Assembly (NCBI GenBank): GCA_963707215.1
Contig: CAVPPB010000003.1
Location: 1,668,788-1,732,787, forward strand
From: an uncultured Chloroflexia bacterium
GTDB taxonomy: Bacteria > Chloroflexota > Limnocylindria > Limnocylindrales > CSP1-4
Direction: 5' to 3'
DNA length: 64,000 nt
Position numbers and translations under genes: made by a program. Below are positions 1 to 10,995 of this stretch, one piece after another. Under the pieces are notes generated by a model that saw only the letters and a program-made list of their open reading frames with translations, was not told the DNA's origin and did not search any database. Within the stretch, counting starts at the first letter, position 1, and the number at the start of each line of letters is the position of its first letter.

Positions 1-1547
1 TTGGCGGCCTTCGAGCGGGTGCTCGTGCGGCGGGTCCGCGGCTTGGCTGCCGGCGTCTCGTCGGCTGCCGCGGCCTCGGGGGCCTCGGCGGTCGGCTCGG
101 CGGTCTTGGCAGACGGCTTCTGGGCCGCCTGGGCCCGGATCATCGCCTCGAGCTCCGGCGGGACCTCGCTCCAGGGATCGCCGCCGCCCCCTCGGCGCCC
201 ACCTCCAGATGATGGTGCGCCGGCGGACGGCTGGGCGACCGGCCTGGCGGTGGGCTGGGGCAGACGGGGACCACGACCGCGCCCGTAGCGCTCGCGCTCG
301 ATAGCGCTCACATACGCCGCGCGACCGCCCCGGCCACCTCCCCGACCGCTCCCACCGCGGCCACCGCCCCGGCCGCTCCCGCCGCCTCCGCGGCGCTCGG
401 CGATCAGGTACTCGGGGATCTCCGGCTCCTCGAAGTCCTCCTCGTCGAGGTCGACCGCCCCGGCCGACGGGGTGGTCGACACGCCGATCTGGCTGTCCCA
501 GACGGAGCCGAAAGCCCCGGCCCTCGGTGGGCGCGGCGCGGCGACGACCTCCTCCTGGTCCTCGTGGTCCTCTTCCTCGTCCTGACCGCCGGCCTCGGCG
601 ACCTCGGGGCCCTCGGCCGCAGCGTCGGTCGCCCGACCTCGGCCGCGACCTCGGCCACCCCGGCGCCGCCGGCGCCGTCGGCGGCCATCGCCCTCACCGG
701 CTTCCTCGCCGGCATCGCTCGCCTCATCAGCAGCAGCTGCAGCTGCCTCCTCGGACGCCTCGACTGCGGCCTCTTTGGCCTCTGTGGCCTCTGTGGCCTC
801 TGCGTCCTCGCCAGCGGATCCGGCCCGGGCGAGCTTCTCGCCCGGCAGGACGACGAGTCCGGCGCCACCGGGTGCCTCGGCAGCGGCCGCGGCGACGGCC
901 GGTTCCTCGGTCGTCCGCCGGCGGCGCGAACGGGTCGCCGGCTCGGCCGGTTCGGTGGTCCTTCGGGTCCGCCGACGTCGGCCGCTCCCCTCGCTCTCCT
1001 TCTCCGGCACCTCGGTCATCGAGAGGTCCTCGTCCGTGCCGGCGACCCGGCGACCGGACCGGGACGACCCCTTCTCGACCTTGGCCACGTGGATGATGTC
1101 GGTGAAGACGTCGGCGACGTCGATCAGGTCCGAGCTGGTGTTGCCACGGAAGGACACCACTTCGACGCGGACGCCCATCTCCTGGACGGCCCGGATCGCC
1201 GGTGCGAAGTCGCCGTCCCCGGAGACGACGACGGCGACGTCGAGGTTTCGAGCCGTCTTCATCATGTCGACGACGAGCTCGATGTCGAGGTTGGCCTTCA
1301 CCTTGCCGTCGCCGTACTTGCGGATGTCCTTGCTCACGACCTTGTAGCCGCTGCGGGCAAGGAACGAATGGAAGTTGCGCTGGTTCTCGTTCTCGGGATC
1401 GAGACCCGTGTACGCGTAGGCGCGCACGAAGTCGCGCCCGGCGGTGGCGGCCTTCAGCAGGGTGACGTAGTCGATATCGACTCCCGCGGCCTTGGCCGCG
1501 TAGAAGATGTTCGCCACGTCGACGAAGACCGCGACGTTCTTGCTCAC
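1..1547 (-). CDS. NYN (LabA/DUF88, PIN-like) domain protein with long disordered Arg/Gly/Glu-rich C-terminal tail; 3' end runs off the window
   Basis: Translated by hand (absent from the ORF track because there is no stop in the window). GTG at 1547 follows a GAGGAGG RBS. MSKNVAVFVDVANIFY...KANLDIELVVDMM...VVSGDGDFAPAIRAVQEMGVRVEV...LIDVADVF are NYN motifs, followed by RRRRRRRGGRGRGRGR, acidic blocks and RGG repeats. Confidence 0.9.
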   Translation of the reverse strand, partial: MSKNVAVFVDVANIFYAAKAAGVDIDYVTLLKAATAGRDFVRAYAYTGLDPENENQRNFHSFLARSGYKVVSKDIRKYGDGKVKANLDIELVVDMMKTARNLDVAVVVSGDGDFAPAIRAVQEMGVRVEVVSFRGNTSSDLIDVADVFTDIIHVAKVEKGSSRSGRRVAGTDEDLSMTEVPEKESEGSGRRRRTRRTTEPAEPATRSRRRRTTEEPAVAAAAAEAPGGAGLVVLPGEKLARAGSAGEDAEATEATEAKEAAVEASEEAAAAAADEASDAGEEAGEGDGRRRRRRRRGGRGRGRGRATDAAAEGPEVAEAGGQDEEEDHEDQEEVVAAPRPPRAGAFGSVWDSQIGVSTTPSAGAVDLDEEDFEEPEIPEYLIAERRGGGGSGRGGGRGGSGRGGGRGGRAAYVSAIERERYGRGRGPRLPQPTARPVAQPSAGAPSSGGGRRGGGGDPWSEVPPELEAMIRAQAAQKPSAKTAEPTAEAPEAAAADETPAAKPRTRRTSTRSKAA

Positions 1548-1571
1548 GGAGCCTCCTCAGGTTCTCGTCGA

Positions 1572-2033
1572 TCAGCTGCGCCGGCCGGCGGCCCCGGCCA
1601 CCGTCACGGCGCGTTCGATATGGGGACCCGCCTGGGAGAAGCCGTGGCGACCCCAGCGGGCGAAGGTGTCCGGATGAGATGGGAGCGGCGCCTCCACGAG
1701 GCTGCAGCCCTTGTTCCCGGCCGATCGGATGACCTCGTCGAGGAGGACCGCGGTGACGCGGTCCTCGTCCTGGCCGGGGGCGACCACGAGCAGGTCGACC
1801 GTGCCGATGTACCCGCCGGCCCTGATCGAAGGTCGAAGGGCCAGCACCGCATATCCGGCCATCGAGCGCCGGGACTCGGCGACGAAGACGCTGGCCTGCG
1901 GGATGAAGACGAGCTGGCGGAGCAGATCCCCGGCCGCGATAGGCGCGTCGTCCCCGCTGCCGAGCTCGTCGGATGCGAGCGCGACGAGGCGGTCGACATC
2001 CGTGATGCGGGCTGTCCGGACCTGGTAGTCCAC
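1572..2033 (-). CDS. GNAT family N-acetyltransferase
   Basis: VRTARITDV start, YIGTVDLLVVAP, LLDEVIRSAGNKGC and WGRHGF are GNAT-fold motifs. Lies 25 bp upstream of the NYN gene. Confidence 0.75.
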   Translation of the reverse strand: MDYQVRTARITDVDRLVALASDELGSGDDAPIAAGDLLRQLVFIPQASVFVAESRRSMAGYAVLALRPSIRAGGYIGTVDLLVVAPGQDEDRVTAVLLDEVIRSAGNKGCSLVEAPLPSHPDTFARWGRHGFSQAGPHIERAVTVAGAAGRRS

Positions 2034-2584
2034 GCCGTTGGTCCACCTCGAAGAGGGAGGCGAGGTGCGAATCCGCTGGTTCCCGGACCGAAGGGTGCGG
2101 GGCGGGCATCGGGCCGGCGCGTCTCACGGGTGGCACAGGGCGTACCCGGGTCGCTCGGGACCGATGTTGCATTCGGTTCGCCGATGGCTATCATACGGCA
2201 TCGCTTCGGCGGCTTCCTGCGCGCCGTCCGGGGCCCTCGTGGATCGCCGACCGCCACGCATCATGGTCGCGCCGCCTTCTGGCCCAGTCAGCCGGAGGGG
2301 GCTCGACCCGGAGCGACGGCCGAGCGACCCGGGATGGCCACGGCCCCGGGGTTCGGGACGGTCGATCTGGGCCGGGTCGTCATCGGCAAGGTGCCGCTGC
2401 CCGCCCGCAACCCGCCGCCGCTGCGCAGGGCAAGGCCGGCGTCACTAGCGCCGGAGGACGTTGGAGGAAGGGTCAGCTCTTCTGGAGCGCGTCGAGCGAC
2501 GACACCGGTCGTGTCGATCACGACAGGGAAGATCTGCTCGGTGATGACCAGGTCGCGGTGCGAACGCACCGCAGAGGAGGGTTC

Positions 2585-3817
2585 ATGAAGCGACTGTCTC
2601 TGTTCGGTTCGCTATTGGTCGGGGCCGCCCTGGTGGCGGGTGCCTGCTCCGACGGAGGCTCGACGCCGCCGCCGGACGACCTGGGTGTCGTCACCATCCC
2701 GGCGGGCGAGCCCATCCACGTCGCCTACTGGGGCGTGCTTTCGGGCGCCGACTCCACGCTCGGGACCGATTCCCAGCGCGGCGTCGAGATCGCCATCGAC
2801 GACCGGGATGGCAAGCTCCTCGACCATGACATCCGACTGACCACCGAGGATGGCCTCTGCACGCCGGAGGGTGGGGCGACCGCTGCCCAGAAGCTGGCGG
2901 CCGACAGCACGATCGTGGCGCTCGTCGGCTCGAGCTGCTCGGATGAGACCGTCGGCGGCGTCCAGACCATCACCGAAGCCGGCCTCACCACGATCTCGCC
3001 GTCCAACACCCGGCCGGCGCTGACCGCCGAGGACCGCGACGCGACGTACGCCGGCTACTTGCGGACCGCCCACAACGACAACGTGCAGGGCCGGGTGGCG
3101 GCGGAGTTCGTCTACAACGAGCTGGGCCTCCGGAGCGCGGCCACCATCCATGACGGCAGCGCCTATGCCGAGGCACTCCAGCAGGTCTTCGCCGACGCAT
3201 TCACGGAGCTCGGCGGCACGATCACCGTCCAGGAGGCCATCTCGAAGGGCCAGACCGACATGAAGCCGGTCCTGACCCGGATCGCGGCCACGTCGCCGGA
3301 GATGATCTACTACCCGATCTTCATCGCCGAAGCGGGCTTCCTGAGCGACCAGATCCCGCAGGTTCCGGGGCTCGAGGACGTCGCCACGATGGGGGCCGAC
3401 GGTCACTTCTCGCCGGACTTCATCACGGCGGCCGGGGCAGCGGCCGAGGGACACTACCTGTCGAGCCCCGACTTCACGGCGTTCGGCTCGGCGTACTCGG
3501 AGTTCCTTGCCAAGCACCAGGAGAAGTACGGCGAGGACGTTCTCAGCATCTTCCATGCCCATGCCTACGACGCCACGAACATCCTGTTCCAGGCGATCGA
3601 GGAGGTCGCGGTCGAGGCCGACGATGGGACGCTCTACATCCCGAAGGGCGCGCTCCGGGACGCGCTGTTCGCGACCGCCAACTTCCAGGGTCTGACCGGG
3701 ACGCTCTCGTGCACGCCGACCGGCGACTGCGGAGCCCCGATCATCGGCGTCTACGAGGTCACATCCCGGGAGACCGGTGGCGAGTGGCCGCCCGAGGCGC
3801 CGATCTGGAGGCCATGA
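2585..3817 (+). CDS. livK: Branched-chain amino acid ABC transporter substrate-binding lipoprotein
   Basis: ATG 2585 after GAGGAGG; lipobox VAGAC; GSSCS, ISPSNT, YLRTAHND and AHAYDA motifs. Confidence 0.9.
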   Translation: MKRLSLFGSLLVGAALVAGACSDGGSTPPPDDLGVVTIPAGEPIHVAYWGVLSGADSTLGTDSQRGVEIAIDDRDGKLLDHDIRLTTEDGLCTPEGGATAAQKLAADSTIVALVGSSCSDETVGGVQTITEAGLTTISPSNTRPALTAEDRDATYAGYLRTAHNDNVQGRVAAEFVYNELGLRSAATIHDGSAYAEALQQVFADAFTELGGTITVQEAISKGQTDMKPVLTRIAATSPEMIYYPIFIAEAGFLSDQIPQVPGLEDVATMGADGHFSPDFITAAGAAAEGHYLSSPDFTAFGSAYSEFLAKHQEKYGEDVLSIFHAHAYDATNILFQAIEEVAVEADDGTLYIPKGALRDALFATANFQGLTGTLSCTPTGDCGAPIIGVYEVTSRETGGEWPPEAPIWRP

Positions 3818-3825
3818 CCTGAGAC

Positions 3826-3880
3826 CTGGCCGCCTTCGGCGGCCAGACAGCGCTTGCGGGCGGGCCTCGAGGCCCGCCCG
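3826..3880 (+). terminator. Two GC-rich hairpins after livK (mRNA-stabilising or attenuating stem-loops)
   Basis: CTGGCCGCC-ttc-GGCGGCCAG (3826-3846) and the perfect palindrome CGGGCGGGCC-TCGA-GGCCCGCCCG (3857-3880). No U-tract. Confidence 0.5.
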
Positions 3881-3916
3881 TGATCCATCGAGACGACGCA
3901 GAAGGGGCCTCTGCCG

Positions 3917-4989
<1,073 letters not shown>

Positions 4990-4993
<4 letters not shown>

Positions 4994-6753
4994 CCGCGGT
5001 GGCGGCGACCCGTTCGCAAGGCCAGGGGGCGACGCTGGCTGCGGCCCGGATCGGGCTGATCGCCGCCGGCGTCCAGCTCTACCTCTGCCTGGTCGGCATC
5101 GTGCCGATCTTCGACGAGCGGCCACTCATCGCGGGGGTGCTGTCGCTCGGCGAGGCGGCGATCCTGATCACGATGTTCGGGGCCGGCTACCTCGCAGCGC
5201 AGCGTGCTCGCGAGGTGACCGCGTGGCAGGCCGGCCTGGCCGGGGTCGGCGCGGGCGGCCTGTCGGGTGCCTCGCTGACGCTGCTCGTGCTCGTCGGTTC
5301 GGTCGTCGACCTCCGAACGGTCTTCATCCATGCCTCACCCGAGCTCTTCGACATGCTCACGCGGGGCCTCGGTGTCGCCGGGGCGTGGATCCCGACCGTG
5401 ATCGGCGTGGCCGTCGGCGCCGCGGCGGGACTCGTGGCCCGATCGCCCGCGACGATCCGCCGGCCGCTGCTCTGGGCGCTGGCGATGGTCGTCGCGTTCG
5501 GCCTGTTCGCCGGGCTCCTCCGCACGCCGATGCTCAACAACTTCCTGGCTGGCCTCGCCCGCTTCCTGTTCGCGCCGGAGGGCCTGACGCCGATCGGAGC
5601 CGGCATCGTGTTCGTCTCCACGTTCGCGATCGTGGCCCTCGAGGGCCGGCTGCGGGTGCGTCGGCGGGTCGGCCAGCTGCCGGCTGCTCGGCGCCGGCAG
5701 CTCCAGGTCCCTTTGCTCGTGCTGGCGATCGCGATCGTGCTCGCGTTCCCGATCGGATTCGGGTCGTTCTTCGCGCAGGTGATCGCGGTCGTCGCGATCT
5801 ACGTGCTGATGGGCTTCGGCCTGAACATCACGCTCGGCCTGGCTGGCCTGCTCGACCTCGGTTTCGTTGCCTTCTTCGCGGTCGGCGCCTACACCGTCGC
5901 CCTGCTGACCTCGACCGGGGAGTTCGGGATCGCCGGGTGGTCGTGGTGGGCCGCCGTCCCGTTCGCGGTCCTTTTCGCGATGGCCTTCGGGGCCTTCCTC
6001 GGTCTGCCGATCCTCGGCATCCGTGGCGACTACCTGGCGATCGCAACGCTCGGCTTCGGCGAGATCATCGCGATCCTCGCTCGCTCGGACCTCCTGAAGC
6101 CATGGCTCGGGGGTCCGCAGGGCATCACGAACGTCCCCAAGCCCATCGACGTGCCGCCGGACAGCTTCCTGGCCGGCCCGAACCAGATCTACTACCTGGC
6201 CATCGCCGGGGCGGGGATCATCGCCTTCGTCGCGATGCGGCTTCGCGCCTCTCGGCTCGGACGCGCCTGGATGGCCATCCGGGAGGACGAGGACGTGGCC
6301 GAGGCTCTCGGTGTGAACCTGGTCCAGACCAAGTTGCTCGCCTACATGCTCGGCGCAGCGTTCGCCGGCCTCGGCGGCGCCATGTTCGCCGGACTCGTCG
6401 GCGCGATGTTCCCGACCAGCATCACCTTGTTCGTCTCGATCAACGTCGTCGCCCTGCTGATCGTCGGCGGGATGGGCAGCAACCCCGGCGTCGTCGTCGG
6501 GGCCATCTTCCTGATCGGCGTCCCGGAGCTGTTCCGGGAGTTCTCCGAGTACCGGTTCCTGTTCTACGGCATCGCCCTGATCGGCATGATGATCCTCCGA
6601 CCGGAGGGGCTCCTGCCGTCGCGGGTCACGCGTCGGGAGCTCCGCCGACCCGACGAGCTCGACGCGACCGCGCCCGAGGATCTCACCGCCGCCGCTGGCG
6701 ACACCGACCGAAGCGGGGGCTCGCCCGACGCGACCCGTGGGGCGTCCAGCTGA
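4990..6753 (+). CDS. livM: Branched-chain amino acid ABC transporter permease with N-terminal TM extension
   Basis: GLNITLGLAGLLDLGFVAFFAVGAY; RGDYLAIATLGFGEI; GRAWMAIREDEDVA. Confidence 0.9.
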
Positions 6754-7577
6754 TGGCACTCCTAACCGCGAAGACCGTGACGAAGCGCTTCGGCGGCCTG
6801 GTGGCCGTGAAGGCCCTCGACCTCGCGATCGAGCCGGGCTCGATCGCCAGCGTCATCGGGCCCAACGGTGCGGGCAAGACGACGTTCTTCAACTGCGTCT
6901 CGGGCTTCTTCCGGATCGATGACGGGGAGATCCGATTCGACGGTCACCCGATCCACCACCTGCGACCTGACCAGATCGCCCGGCTCGGCATCGCCCGGAC
7001 GTACCAGAACATCCGCCTCTTCCCCACGATGACGGCGCTCGAGAACATCCTGGTGGGGGAGCATCGCCATCTCCACTCCACCTGGATGGGGGCGGTCGTC
7101 CGGACCCCGGCCCAGCGGCGGGAGGAACGGCGTGCCGTCGAGGAGGCCCGACGGGTGCTGCAGTTCGTCGGCCTGTCCGGCCGCGGCGACTTCCTCGCCG
7201 GGAAGCTGGCCTACGGCGACCAGCGCCGGCTGGAGATCGCCCGGGCGCTCGCCAGCAAGCCGCGGCTCCTGCTGCTCGACGAGCCGACGGCGGGCATGAA
7301 CCCGGTCGAGACCGCGCAACTGACCGAGTTCATCCGTCGACTCCGGGACGAGCTCGGGATCACGATCCTCCTCATCGAGCACGAGATGCGGGTGGTCATG
7401 GGGATCTCCGAGCGGATCACCGTCCTCGACTACGGCGAGAAGATCGCCGAAGGCAGCCCGAAGGAGATCCAGTCGGACGCCCGCGTGATCGAGGCGTATC
7501 TGGGGCACGGGGCCGCGACCGCCGAGTCCGGACCCGCGCCGGTGGAAGGCGAGACCGCCCCAGGGACTTCGACATGA
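6753..7577 (+). CDS. livG: Branched-chain amino acid ABC transporter ATP-binding protein
   Basis: ATG 6753 overlaps the livM stop (TGATG); GPNGAGKTT, LLLDEPTAG, VIEAYLG. Confidence 0.93.
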   Translation: MALLTAKTVTKRFGGLVAVKALDLAIEPGSIASVIGPNGAGKTTFFNCVSGFFRIDDGEIRFDGHPIHHLRPDQIARLGIARTYQNIRLFPTMTALENILVGEHRHLHSTWMGAVVRTPAQRREERRAVEEARRVLQFVGLSGRGDFLAGKLAYGDQRRLEIARALASKPRLLLLDEPTAGMNPVETAQLTEFIRRLRDELGITILLIEHEMRVVMGISERITVLDYGEKIAEGSPKEIQSDARVIEAYLGHGAATAESGPAPVEGETAPGTST

Positions 7578-8326
7578 CGGAAGCCATCACAGCCATCGAT
7601 CGCGACGCCCAGGCGCCGCTGCTCGACGTCCAGGAGATCCATGCCTTCTACGGCAACATCCATGCGCTCCAGGGGATCTCGCTCACCGTGCGCGAGGGGG
7701 AGATCGTCACCCTCGTCGGCGGCAACGGAGCTGGAAAGAGCACCACGCTGAACGCCATCTGTGGGATCGTGCCGCCGCGCCAGGGCGCCGTCCGGCTCGC
7801 CGGTGACGACCTGGCGGGCCTCCCGGCCCACGAGATCGTGGCGCGCGGGGTGACCCAGGTCCCCGAGGGACGGCGCACGTTCGCACGGCTCACCGTCAAC
7901 GAGAACCTTCGGATGGGTGCCTACGTGGTCAAGGACAAGGCCCTGATCCAGCAGCGCGTCGAGGACGTCTTCCAGCTCTTCCCCCGCCTGCGCGAGCGGC
8001 GGGAGCAGATCGCCGGGACGCTGAGCGGCGGCGAGCAGCAGATGCTGGCGATGGGCCGGGCGCTCATGTCCGGTCCGCGGCTCCTGCTCCTCGACGAGCC
8101 GTCGATGGGGCTCGCGCCCGTCCTGGTCGAACAGATCTTCGAGACGATCGAGCGGCTGAACGATGCCGGGACGACGATCCTGCTCGTGGAGCAGAACGCC
8201 CGGATGGCGCTCCAAGTCGCCAACCGCGGGTACGTGATCGAGAACGGTCGGATCGTCCTCGAGGACGAGGCGGCTCGTCTCCGCGACAACGAGATGGTCC
8301 GGAAGTCGTACCTGGGCATCGCCTGA
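7574..8326 (+). CDS. livF: Branched-chain amino acid ABC transporter ATP-binding protein
   Basis: GGNGAGKST, LSGGEQQMLAMGRALM, LLDEPSMGLAP. Confidence 0.93.
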   Translation: MTEAITAIDRDAQAPLLDVQEIHAFYGNIHALQGISLTVREGEIVTLVGGNGAGKSTTLNAICGIVPPRQGAVRLAGDDLAGLPAHEIVARGVTQVPEGRRTFARLTVNENLRMGAYVVKDKALIQQRVEDVFQLFPRLRERREQIAGTLSGGEQQMLAMGRALMSGPRLLLLDEPSMGLAPVLVEQIFETIERLNDAGTTILLVEQNARMALQVANRGYVIENGRIVLEDEAARLRDNEMVRKSYLGIA

Positions 8327-8342
8327 CCCGGCCAGGCCGTCG

Positions 8343-8761
8343 TCAGGTGGTTGCCGGCTCCTTCCAGATCTCGAAGGCAGCCCGAGCCAGGACGAGCATG
8401 CCGACGCCGGCGACCCACAGGCCCGGCGCCCGGTCGGGCAGGAGGCCGGTAGGGAACGACAGGTAGTCGATGGGCCACAGGACGACCCCGACGGCGGCCA
8501 GGCCGGTGATGATCGCGTAGGCGGGCCAGGCGTCGATCGCGACCGAGCGGCCGGCAGCGTACGGGAGGGAGGCCAGGGCGAGCGTCAGCAGCCCGGCCAG
8601 GAACACGAGGATGCCGCTGCCGTCGAACGCCCGGAGCTCGGTGGTGGGCAGGTCGCTGCCACCGCCGGCCGAGAACCACGGCAGCAGGCAAGCGACGATC
8701 AGGATGGCGGCCCCGACCAGGGCGAGGCGTCGGCCGCGGCCGAGCGGGCGCCGATGCATGG

Positions 8762-8765
<4 letters not shown>
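8343..8765 (-). CDS. Small 4-TM membrane protein of unknown function
   Basis: Hydrophobic helices, LLPWF motif; overlaps the hpt stop codon. Confidence 0.75.
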
Positions 8766-9324
<559 letters not shown>

Positions 9325-9328
<4 letters not shown>

Positions 9329-9864
9329 GTCGGGATGGCCTCAGTAGCGGTGCGGGAAGCGGTCTTCCTGGTCGTCGACAGCGGCTGGGCCGCCCGGCCA
9401 TCGTCGGATCCGGTCGATGGCAGCTCGGGCGTCTCGTCCACCGGCCCGACCGGGACCGGGATGCCCAGCTGGCCATCGGCGCCAGAGAGCGCATCGGCGA
9501 TCGCGAGCTTGCCGTACTTGAGCATCAGGGCGCGGAAGTCGCGAGCGTAGAACAGCTTGACCCGGATGGTCGGGTAGAGCGCCCTGAGACGCCGGAGCTT
9601 GCGGTTCTTCTTGCGGACGAGACGCTGCTTGAGGGTCGTCAGCTCCACGTAGAGATCCAGGTCGGGCAGGTAGAAGTCGGGGCTGAAGCTCTCGAGGACC
9701 TCGCCCTCGAGGCTCCAGCGGATCGGGAACACGTGCGGCTCGTATTGCCAGCGGACGTCGTAGAAGTCGAGGATCCGGGCCAGCTCGGCCTCGCTGGCGT
9801 GAGCGAACGGCGGAGCTACCTCGGCCGCCGTATCGGCGGGCTCGACGACCTGGGTCCCGCTCAC
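9325..9864 (-). CDS. PD-(D/E)XK-like fold protein of unknown function
   Basis: SEAELARILD...WQYEP...FSPDFYLPDLDLYVELTT; translationally coupled to hpt. Confidence 0.7.
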
Positions 9865-10244
9865 AGCTCGAACCCTTCGGTACCGCCGTCGACGGCCGAG
9901 TCGGCTAGCAGGTCGAGGAGGTCACCGCGCCAGGCGGCCAGGAACCGGCGCATCGCGAGGACGTCGTCCTCCCCGAATGGAGGCGCACCGGGCCGCGGCG
10001 GAGCGTCGGCCGGGTCTACGGCACCCGACGGGCGCGGGCCGGCGTCGAGGGTCGGCAGCCCACGGCTCTCGGGCTGGGAGATCATCCCGAGGGTCACCGC
10101 ACCGCATCTCCGACATGGGAGCTCCAGGAAGACGAGGTCGTCGCGCTCGGCCAGGACCCGGATCTCGGCGGCAGCGGGGATGTCGCCGCAGACGGTGCAT
10201 GAAGTCCGCTCGAGTCGGGCGCGGAGACGGTCGTGCGGATCCAT
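9861..10244 (-). CDS. Small zinc-ribbon protein (CxxC...CxxC)
   Basis: ATG 10244 lies 7 nt after TAGACT; CTVC and CRRC pairs. The ORF-track start at 11036 is over-extended. Confidence 0.75.
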   Translation of the reverse strand: MDPHDRLRARLERTSCTVCGDIPAAAEIRVLAERDDLVFLELPCRRCGAVTLGMISQPESRGLPTLDAGPRPSGAVDPADAPPRPGAPPFGEDDVLAMRRFLAAWRGDLLDLLADSAVDGGTEGFEL

Positions 10245-10300
10245 CGCCTGCAGTCTACTCGCAGCCGCCCGACCGGTCAGCCGTCGCCCTCTCGACGGTC

Positions 10301-10319
10301 GATACCCCCTAGGAGTATC
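10301..10319. promoter_or_regulatory. CsoR operator
   Basis: GATACCCCCTAGGAGTATC matches the CsoR-type ATAC-C-tract/G-tract-GTAT inverted repeat and overlaps the -10 TATCAT (10316-10321) of csoR. Confidence 0.75.
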
Positions 10320-10328
10320 ATGCTCGAC

Positions 10329-10772
10329 GTGAGCGAGCCACGAGGGACATCGCGACCGGGGCCGCCCGCCGATGCCGGATCCCGAGCCGACACGACGTCC
10401 TCCCGGTCCACCACGGCCGCCCGAGCGCCGTCGCGCAAGGGCGGGTCCGCCGAGGTCGAGGGCGGCCACTTCCGCCACAGCTACTCGAAGGACCGCGCCA
10501 AGCTGATCAGGCGCCTGTCCCGGATGGAGGGCCAGGTCCGCGGCATCGCCCGGATGATCGAGCGAGAGGAGTACTGCGTCGACATCCTCCAGCAGACCGC
10601 CGCTCTCAGGGCCGCCGTCGACGGCGTTGCCCTGCTCATCCTCGAAGACCATGTCCAGGGCTGCGTCCGGACGGCCGCCGAGCGGGGCGAAGCGGACGTC
10701 TACGCGGACGAGGTGCTCGACGTCGTCCGGCGGACCCTGGGACGCCCCGTCCGAACCGGTCGTTCCACCTGA
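10329..10772 (+). CDS. csoR: CsoR/RcnR family Cu(I)-sensing repressor
   Basis: RRLSRMEGQVRGIARMIEREEYCVDILQQ...EDHVQGC gives the C-H-C ligand set. Start is GTG 10329 (leaderless) or ATG 10320. Confidence 0.88.
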   Translation: MSEPRGTSRPGPPADAGSRADTTSSRSTTAARAPSRKGGSAEVEGGHFRHSYSKDRAKLIRRLSRMEGQVRGIARMIEREEYCVDILQQTAALRAAVDGVALLILEDHVQGCVRTAAERGEADVYADEVLDVVRRTLGRPVRTGRST

Positions 10773-10813
10773 CGATCCGGCCCTCGCCCTTGCCGGCTGG
10801 TCGTCGGGGACGT

Positions 10814-10898
10814 TCATCCACGACCCCCTCGCTCGGGTCCGGTCCCCCCACCGGGAGTTATCCACAAATCCACCGTCCGGTCCGCGGATCGTGGATAA
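10814..10898. promoter_or_regulatory. DnaA-box cluster
   Basis: Perfect TTATCCACA at 10858-10866; reverse TTATCCACG at 10890-10898; TCATCCACG at 10814-10822. Confidence 0.65.
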
Positions 10899-10903
10899 CC
10901 GCA

Positions 10904-10932
10904 TTGACGACGGTCGACGCGATCCGTAGCGT
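10904..10932 (+). promoter_or_regulatory. Sigma70-type promoter of rsmG
   Basis: TTGACG-17 nt-TAGCGT. Confidence 0.55.
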
Positions 10933-10995
10933 CCGGCGTCCGCATCGTGGTCGACGGGGAGCGCGGCTCGCGAGAGGCCAAGGGGAGACCCGGCC

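Noticed and set aside
330-805. Short tandem repeats as a possible CRISPR or VNTR
   Set aside because: They are in-frame low-complexity coding repeats (RGG, EAT) of the NYN tail, with no spacers.
5223-6752. 510-aa N-terminal extension of LivG in the ORF track
   Set aside because: Alternate frame of livM; the true ATG at 6753 overlaps the livM stop.
10775-10995. Definite oriC call
   Set aside because: Few boxes, no AT-rich unwinding element and no dnaA/dnaN in the window; kept only as a DnaA-box cluster.
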